From assembly GCA_008632985.1 (NCBI GenBank), contig QPGO01000004.1, forward strand, positions 991,639-1,011,638: a stretch of 20,000 bases of DNA. The letters run 5' to 3'. Made by a program: the position numbers and the translations under genes. How positions within the stretch are numbered: the stretch's first letter is position 1; the number at the start of each line of letters is the position of its first letter. This document shows positions 12,224 to 20,000 of the stretch, one piece after another. The stretch is from Psammoneis japonica. Taxonomy: Eukaryota. Below the pieces are notes generated by a model that searched no databases, was not told where the DNA came from, and saw only the letters and a program-made list of their open reading frames with translations.

Positions 12224-12375
12224 CTGTGAATGATCCTGCACAGCAAGGCGACCGCATGGGTATCATCCAACAAACACTCTAGAAACTTTACAAACTCTAA
12301 CCAGGTTGGAATTTACGCAGTAGTAACGTGATCCGAAAGACCATAGAGTACTGATTCGCGTCACGGAGTCGCGAT

Positions 12376-14383
12376 TTAAGTTGTACTTTCATTGCTTTCC
12401 TCCATGTTGTCTCGAGCAATAACGTTGTCGTTGTCGAACATTTTCTCCGACTGCTGAATTGTTTCAACAACCTCACGAAAAGCTTTGTCGGCGTCGTAAA
12501 GACTAAGGAGCGCCCAATGAGATTCCTCCAGCGCTTGCAACTGTTGACGAGCAGCTGCGGCCTGCGCTTTTGCACGCCTCAAAGCCACCGCAGCGTCCTC
12601 GACATCCATTTCAATGTTTCGGAGCAATTCTGAGGCTTTACCAGTTCCTTTGTTTGCAAGCAATCGCTTCTTCTGCAGTTCCGCGTCACTGAATTGGTGT
12701 GAAGAAAGCAAAAACATTGCAGTTAGAATAGCAGTGGAAATGCAGACAAGCAGCATTAAGCACCACTTACGCTCGTGCAACTACCATGTTCTCGCGTGCA
12801 AGTTCTTCGCGCTTCTCTCTCGATTCCAACTTTCTTTTCGACGACTGAATCTCCTCAAGAGCATCGAGCGTCGCCTTTGTTCGGGCGTCAATTCCAAGGT
12901 CCCCCGACGGCCCCCAAGCTGCAACTCCACTGGGTGGGACTCTCTCGACAGCTTGTGCTCTATCTATCCATGATCTCTCGGGTCTCTCGACTGAGTCTTC
13001 TGTATCATCATCTCCGACGGAGTCCTCAACAGGTGGAGAATCAGCTATCGCCTCCGTCGTACCTGTGTCAACGTCGTCCACTTCAACGTCCACGACAGAC
13101 GTTGGAGAATCACCTGCAACATATGGGTATCCGTATCCAGTCTCCCTCGTTTCCCCATTACCTCGCGGCCGGCCTCGCTCAACTCTGCCTCTCCCTTTTA
13201 GCCGTCGATTGTACATTTCTGCCTGGTACGACATATCCTCGTCATCTTCTAGATTGAAAAGTTGTCCAACAACATTCCAAGGACCTTTCTTCTCCCTTCT
13301 CATTTGCTTGTCGCTTCTGCGGTCCACTCCCGGGAGAAACCAAGAAGACACTTCATCCGACACCCAGTCGTCTTCAGATCGTATACTCCGGCGCGTAGAT
13401 TTAGAAGCTCATAAGCTTCATCGTCTAGGTCTTCCAAATCTTCAAAGAACTCGACATTATACCCCCCTTGGTCTGGCGATCTCCTTGGTGATCTCCTTTG
13501 TCGGTACGGGGTTGCAAACGGTTCATTTTCTATCGCTTTCAAGTATTCAAGACCATGGAATTTCCCTCTAGTACCACCAAACACTGTTCTATCGCTCGTG
13601 CTTGCAATGTTGTCAGAGTCAAAACCATACCAGAAGAGGCGATGAAAGAATTTGTCCAAGGCGCCAGGTGGCGCTGGTGTCCCTGAACGAAAAGTTGTTC
13701 TAAAAAGCGAAGACGAAGAGATCAGCAACTGGACAAGTGCCCCCGCGACATGATCAACATCGACAAGAACATGTATGGACATACCTTTCCGTGGACCGTC
13801 TTCCACTTCGATTCCTTCGTGGACGACGATGCGGCACAGCAGTTGAGGGAGGTCTTTTTCTCCTTCGTGGCTGGGACGATGCAATACTTTCGGTCGGATA
13901 ACGATCCAATCCTCCTTTCGGGTTGGACCAATAATTCCCGGTTGTGTCATCATTCTCGACATCATCTTGATCATAGTATGCCGAATATTCATCCTCGGCA
14001 TCTTCGTCCTCGCGTGTATCGTAGTATGCATATTCATCCTCGGCATTGACTTCCTCTTCATGACGAGACTGATCTTCGATTTCTTCGTTGGGATCCTCCG
14101 AATAATAGTCGTCATCATTTTCATAACGCATCTCCCGTAGCTCACGAGCTGCATCGCTGTCTCCTACCAGTCTCGTGTCGTAATAACCTGATCGACTGTC
14201 CTCTTCCTCCTGGAACGGGCCCGGCCTTCCAAGAAGATCGCATCGTCTGGTATATCCTGCTGGGGCTCTATTGTGCAGTGCTCTTTTCGAAGCCGGCGAC
14301 GACAAGGGAGAAAATCCACACACTTCGAACAAGCGAGAACATGCCACAATGGATACCCACAATAAACTCAAACCAGACAACAT
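12376..14383 (-). CDS. Uncharacterised, predicted plastid-targeted protein with an acidic N-terminal region and C-terminal coiled coil. Introns at 13700-13784 and 12689-12770; one frame break near 13410.
   Basis: ATG at 14383; signal peptide ending VCG-FSP followed by an S/R-rich transit-like stretch. Splices AG|GTATGT..TTTTAG|A and GC|GTAAGT..TTCAG|T join the ORFs in frame. Heptad-rich C-terminus (ALEEIQSSKRKLE..., AQAAAARQQLQALEE). Confidence 0.75.
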
Positions 14384-14734
14384 TCGGATATGTGTAGTGG
14401 ATTAACAGTGAAACATAGATTTCGAAAGTATGATTGAGCTTCTGACTTGTTCCTATCGATACTTCTTATCGAGTCGCTATAGGAGGGTGATGATATTGAT
14501 GATGTTGAATGATGGTGTATGCGGTGTGGCACTGTTGTGGGTTGTGGTGTGTGTAGTGCGGGGGTGCTTGCATGCAGTGCGTGTGCAGTGCGTGGTATGT
14601 AGGGCCTACGTAAAGTATGTATGGTGTACAGGGTGCGCGCTGTCCGTCCATCGCCAACATCCCCTGGAGGTGAAAATCTCATGCGGTGGTGCAAGTGCAT
14701 CTCAAGATCCCGCCGCCGACGGTTGGGTGTGTTG

Positions 14735-15710
14735 CAAAGGCTCCAACCGCTGCCAGTGCTGACAGCAAAAAGGCTCCCACCACCACCAGACCTGGCATTG
14801 CACAAAGGCTCCAACTGTTGCCAGTGTCAGCAGCAAAAAGTCTCCCACTGTCACCACTGTCAGCAGCAGCAGTGGCACAAAGGCTGCCTCCTGCTGCTGC
14901 GAGTGCCAGCAGCACACACGCTCCAACCCACCACCACACGACCATCAGTGCAAAACGGCTCCCACCACTGCCAGTGCAAGCAGTGCAAAAAGCCCCCCAC
15001 CACCTCCAGCACCACCAGCAGCAAAAAGGCTCCCACAATGCCATGACAAGTTCTGCGGCAGTGTCCAAAGGCTCTGCCAACCCCGCTGATGGTGCAAGCA
15101 GCAGCACAAAGGCTTCCATGACAACCAGCACAAGCAGTGAAAAGGATCAGACTGCCACCAACACCAACACCAGTGAAAAGGCCTGCCGAGTGCCACAGCA
15201 GTGTGCAAAGCCTCCGACCCTGCCACCAGTGCAAACAGTGCAAAGGCTCCCCATGGGATCAGCACAAAAAGCCCACCAACACCACCAACACCATCAGTGG
15301 CAAAAAGGCTCCACCACCAAGTTCCACAGCAGTGCACAAAGGCTCCAACCCCACCACTGTGCAAATGGCACAAATGCTCCCATGGAGTCAGTGCAAGCAG
15401 TGAGAAACTCCCACAACCACCAGTGCAAGCAGCACAAAAAGACTCCCACTGCCGCCAGTGCCGCTGGTGGCAAAAGGGCTCCCACCACCCACCACCATCA
15501 CCAGCAGTGCAAAAGGCTCCACTGCCACCAGCCAGTGCCAGCAGCAACCTGGCTCCATCTGCCACCAGCACCAACGGGAAAAGCTCCAACCACCTCCAGT
15601 GCCAGCAGTCGCAGGTTCCCACTGCCACAAAAGTGCGCCAGTGGCCAGCAGCAAAAAGGCTCCAACCACCACCAGTGCCAGCAACCACCAGGCTCTCACT
15701 GCCATCAGTG
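14735..15710. repeat. Degenerate tandem repeat built on CAAA(A)GGCTCC(C/A)ACCAC...CCAGTGC(C/A)AGCAG
   Basis: More than ten AAAGGCTCC-like cores (e.g. ~14736, 14769, 14804, 15025, 15242, 15304, 15338, 15512, 15655), often 33-40 bp apart. Strong C/A skew on the + strand. Confidence 0.8.
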
Positions 15711-18165
15711 TGCAGCAATCTTTGTTTGTGCATTCGTTGGTGGTCGCAGCCAGCTCTTGCATGCTCCGTGCCATCATCGCCATTTTTGCACTGCTCTGTT
15801 GTTTTACATGCCTTGTCTTCAGCATTCTTTCATGGAGCTGAGAAGACAAAAAATGTCAAGCCATGAACACTCACAACAACGTTGTTGATCAAGAGCTTGA
15901 AGATGCTGCAAGAACCTGCTGTTGAAGCTTTTTGGCTCTTGCTGTTGTGCTGCAGCAGTGCCTGGTTTCGGCAATGCACCAGACTTTCGGGATCTCATTG
16001 CTCAGCAAGAAGGATGATTGACTTGTGGCCATGCTCCAGCTTGATTCTCAACAACCATTGTGCAGCTGTGGTGATGAGAGAACTTGTTTTGTTTGCAATT
16101 GTCGTCAGCTGCGGAACACCTCAGAAGCAGAATCTTTGCCATGCCCCATGCTGGTGTGACTTTTGCAGTTTTGGGTGGTTGAGAAAAACCAATGGGTGCA
16201 CATTGTCTGCAACCTTGGCACAAACTGACATCAATTGCTGAACATCATCAAACAAAAAACATCATGAGTGCTGCATGCACAGGCCACAAAGTCCTTTTTT
16301 GCAGGTGTTGCCTGTCTTGACCAGGTTTTTTCTGGACCCATCTGAAAAGCATCGCTCCAACCATGCTTGCTGGTTGGTCCATGGCATCAGGGAGGAGGCA
16401 CCAACAAATCATGTCAATCCCAGAGCAAGTCACCCTGGCACTCTCAAGGTCAACCATCACTTGGTGGAAGTTTGAATGCTCCACTGCTTCAGCATCCACA
16501 ATGCTTGCTCATCATTTTATGCAGCTTGGCCAACTCAAAACAAAAAAAAGTCTCCTGCCAGTGCCTTGCATGCAAGTTTCCAAAATGCAGCATGAGGGGG
16601 GAAGAGTGCTTCCTTTTCAGAAGCAGCATCAATGACTTACATGATTCTGGCAGTGACAACTGTGATGATGAAAAAATGAGAGTGTCAATTGTGGACCATC
16701 GCACAGTGCCAAGAGGCTTTCACTTGTCTTCAAGCTTTCTGCAATTCTGCATGCACAAGCACAAGTTGTCACAAACTGCACTGACAGAGTGCAAACACCA
16801 AACAGCTTTGGCAGCTGAATGGAGTGTGCTGGCCCCACCTTGTTCATGCAGCATCGGCATTTCAGAATCTGGTTGACAACATTTGCACTTGACATGGACT
16901 CAATTTCTTGGTCCAGTGCAAGGGCTGGTCTTTCAGCAGCCACACAGAACCAACACAGAAACCCTTTCTGAAATTCATTTGTCTTGTGCACAACAAAAGG
17001 GGCTGTTTCCTTGACATGGACTTTTCAAAATTGTGCACGCAAAGCAACGTCTTGTCTGCTCATGATGCAGAGACATGTGAGGGCTGGCACCATGACATGC
17101 CTCATTTGTGAAATTCTTCAGTGCCATGGCTGCACAAGAACACTTGTCTCCCAATCTCAGTTGCCATTCTTGAATGCCAAAGTTGAGCACCTCAACACTT
17201 TTGGACAAAGTGATGGGTCAGTGTGAAGAGCAGAGTTGGCAAGAAACTCAAAGTGACAAGAAAGGCAAAGTGCTTTCCACAACTGGCATTAACTTGGAGT
17301 TGTGCAAGAAATCATGTTCTGCCTCTGCTGCCATTTGCTCCTCTTTTCATGAAACAAAGCTCACAAATTTGGTTGCACATGCACACACATCAAAAGAACT
17401 TCCTTCACAATGTTCACATGGCAAGCACACCACCAGCTGTCACCATCAACTCATGGACCTTGACACTCTCCTTCTTGCTTTCCATCTCAGTGTGTAAATC
17501 AACCAATCCAGAGCAAAAATGCTGCTGCTTGGCATCCCCTGCATGCATGCCCATTGCCATTTTTCTAGGTGCACTAAAAATCATCACCCCCATTGCTTTC
17601 AGTGCTTCTCATGACAATGTTCAGGTGTCAAGCTGACACAGAATTTGTTGACACCAAAAGAACCAATCATTGATGCAACTGGTCCTCCATGCATGCAGCA
17701 GAGGGTCTGCACCAAGTGGAGTGCAGTGGCCCAGCCCTTCATTGTCGCAGTTGTTGTTGCTTTGCATGGATCAGCATGGGCATGCAGAATGCAGAACCAA
17801 AAAAATTTGAAATTCTGGAGCTCTTCAGCACACAAAAGCTGTTCTTGCATTGTGCGCAGTTGCTGCAAAATGTGCATGGGTGTCAGTGGCAATTTGAAAG
17901 CACCAAGTTCCATCAAATGTTCTGCATTGTGCAATCACAGTGTCAATTCTGCACAGACACACAAAAGTGACAGTGATTGAGCAACAAGCCCTTGGGGGGG
18001 AGGGCACTGACCATGGCAGTGTGGGGTGGGCACAAGGATTTGTGTGGCTGTCAGGATGCACTGGCTGCAAGCAAACAAGTGTTTCATTGCATTGTTGAGA
18101 GCACCCACACTTTTGCTCCAACATGGCCAGCAAAGTGACATCCTCCAACAACTCCACAGCCAGAG
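15710..18165. pseudogene. Hypermutated relic sequence, possibly a decayed transposon, viral or duplicated gene; family not identifiable
   Basis: Non-repetitive but TpA/CpG-depleted. The ORF fragments are almost Tyr-free and rich in Cys and His. No recognisable domain. Confidence 0.3.
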
Positions 18166-18166
18166 C

Positions 18167-18668
18167 TGGTTTGGCAAGTTTGGCAAGTTTTGTGAGTTTG
18201 CAAAGCTTGGCAAGTTTGGTGAGTTGGCGAGTTTGGCAAGTTGGGCAAATTTTGCGAGTTTTGTGAGTTTGGCAGGTTTGGCGAGTTTGGCAAGTTTGGC
18301 AAAATTGACAAGTTTGGCAAGTTTGGTGAGTTTGGCAAATTTTGCGAATTTTGTGAGTTTGGCAGGTTTGGCAAGTTTGGCATTTTGCGAGTTTGGCAGG
18401 TTTGGCAAGTTTGCCAAGTTTGGCAAGTTTGGTGAGTTTGGAGAGTTTGGCAAGTTTGCCAAGCTTGGTGAGTTTGGCAAGTTTGCCAAGCTTGGCGAGT
18501 TTGGCAAGATTGGCAAGTTTGCTGAGTTTGGCAAGTTTGGCAGATTTGGTGGCAAGTTTTGAAAGTTTTGCAAGTTTGGAGAGTTTGGCAAGTTTGACAA
18601 GTTTGGTGAGTTTGGCAACTTTGACAAGTTTTGTGAGTTTTGCGAGTTTGGTGGGTTTGGTGAGTTGG
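18167..18668. repeat. 9-bp satellite array 1, unit (A/G)AGTTTGG(C/T)
   Basis: About 500 bp of tandem AAGTTTGGC / GAGTTTGGT / AAGTTTTGT variants. Confidence 0.95.
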
Positions 18669-19230
18669 GTCTGTGGGAAATCGCCATTTTTGCCACCTGC
18701 GTGTCAAAAGTGATGCAAGTCGCACCTGCCAGCACAACATCTGTTGGAAAAGACAAATTTGTTGCCAACACCAACTCACAGAAAAGACATTTTTAGACAC
18801 AACTTTTGATGCAAAAAACTGTGCGAGACTAAAAAAATGTGCAAAGACCCGGATGTGCGCAATTGAAAATGTCCCAACTTTTGTGTTGTGCAGGAATGTG
18901 CCAGGCTTCCATGTGTGAAAGAACCCTCATGTGCATTTTTCAAAATGTGTGACACAACTTTCAAAATGCACAACATGGTCACATTTTTTCATGTGGATTT
19001 TGTGCTGGAAGTCTCGCAGGAATTCTAAAAATGCCCGGATGTGCATTTTCAAAACTGTGGCATGACTTTGATTTGTGTCAAAAGTTGTGTCAAAGTTGTG
19101 TCAAAAACACGCAAGCTTGTCACGTGGAAAAAGCACGTGTGGCCATGCCGTTGGCATTGCAAATGGTCGAAACTCACAGAGACTCTCTGTTGTTTGCTTG
19201 AAAACACGATTTCCTGCAGACCTGCTCAGT
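18669..19230. repeat. Spacer rich in inverted and direct repeats between the satellite arrays (possible non-autonomous element core)
   Basis: 18796-18815 and 19072-19091 are inverted repeats matching at 18/20. A 10-bp perfect IR lies at 18930-18939/18963-18972. CCCGGATGTGC occurs directly repeated at 18848 and 19034. Confidence 0.7.
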
Positions 19231-20000
19231 GGTTTGGCAAGTTTGGCAAGTTTTGTGAGTTTGGCAAGTTTTGCAGTTTTGGCAAGTGTGGTGAGTTTGG
19301 CAAGTTTGCCAAGTTTGGTGAGTTTGGCAAGTTTGCTAATTTTGGCAATTTTGGCAAGATTGGCAAGTTTGCTGAGTTTGGCAAGTTTGGCAAGTTTGGT
19401 GAGTTTTGCTGGTTTGGTGGCAAGTTTTGTGAGTTTTGCCAGTTTGGCAGGTTTGGCGAGTTTGTCCAGTTTGGCAAGTTTGACAAGTTTGGTGAGTTTG
19501 GCAAGTTTGGCAAGTTTGGCAAGTTTTGCTGGTTTGGCGAGTTTGGCAAGTTTGCCAAGTTTGGTGAGTTTGGCGAGTTTTGCGAGTTTGGCAAGTTTGG
19601 CAAGTTTGACGAGTTTGGTGAGTTTGGCAAGTTTGGCAAGAAGTTTGGTGAGTTTGGCAAGTTTGCCAAGTTTTGTGAGTTTTGCGGGTTTGGCAAGTGT
19701 GGCGAGTTTGGCAAGTTTGGTGAGTTTGGCAAGATTGGCAAGTTTGCTGAGTTTGGCGGGTTGTGGTGGCAAGTTTGGCAAGTTTTGTGAGTTTTGCAAG
19801 TTTGGCAGGTTTGGCAAGTTTGGCGAGTTTGACAAGCTTGGCAAGTTTGGCAAGTTTAGTGAGTTTGGCAAGTTTTGTGAGTTTTTCTGGTTTGGCAAGT
19901 TTGGTGAGTTTGGCAAGTTTTGCCAGTTTGGCAGGTTTGTCAGCAAGTTTGGTGAGTTGGCAAGTTTGTGGCAAGTTTGGCAAATTTTGCAAGTTTGGCA
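19231..20000. repeat. 9-bp satellite array 2 (same family as array 1); runs off the window end
   Basis: Same unit and orientation as array 1, starting with the same TGGTTTGGCAAGTTTGGCAAGTTTTGTGAGTTTG. Confidence 0.95.

Noticed and set aside
187..13571. Short antisense or alternate-frame ORFs overlapping the called genes (e.g. 190..459, 1518..1838, 7524..7925, 11062..11652, 13065..13571)
   Set aside because: They are shadows of the real coding strands and carry no independent motifs.
15880..18165. Assigning the relic region to a specific transposase, reverse transcriptase or viral ATPase
   Set aside because: I found no convincing catalytic motif (DDE, YxDD, Walker A, HUH), even after mentally reversing TG/CA changes.
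14368..20000. Many long overlapping ORFs in all six frames (e.g. 14686..15888, 17935..18774, 19041..19790, 19101..19946) as real genes
   Set aside because: Loss of TA removes TAA/TAG stops and the 9-bp period keeps frames open. The translations (LPN/LAK/CQT/FGK repeats) occur equally in every frame.
18167..20000. 9-bp arrays as telomeric repeat or CRISPR array
   Set aside because: The unit is degenerate, unlike TTAGGG-type repeats, and interrupted by an internal spacer. There is no repeat/unique-spacer alternation and no cas genes, and the context is eukaryotic.
14630..20000. Classical fungal RIP, or simple CpG methylation decay as the full explanation
   Set aside because: RIP enriches TpA and depletes CpA, the reverse of what is seen. 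CpG deamination accounts for low CG but not for the near absence of TA.

Overview
Eukaryotic nuclear DNA, most likely a diatom. This is inferred from compact genes with GT-AG introns of about 80 nt and two proteins with ASAFAP-like bipartite plastid leaders. The window has two sharply different halves. Bases 1-14400 are gene-dense. They hold the 5' exon of a flavin-containing monooxygenase, an intronless bacterial-type YbjN-domain gene and a KICS2/C12orf66 (KICSTOR subunit)-like gene. They also hold a large multi-exon two-PHD-finger chromatin protein with several single-base frame breaks, and a predicted plastid-targeted coiled-coil protein. Bases ~14500-20000 are a repeat-rich domain: a degenerate AAAGGCTCC repeat, 2.4 kb of relic sequence, and two 9-bp satellite arrays flanking a palindrome-rich spacer. 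The most striking signal is in this domain. TpA is almost absent (12 by manual count in ~5.4 kb), CpG is scarce and TpG/CpA is in excess. This is the opposite of fungal RIP and is not explained by CpG methylation alone, which suggests a region-targeted TpA-to-TpG/CpA mutator. All homology calls come from motif recognition, not database searches.
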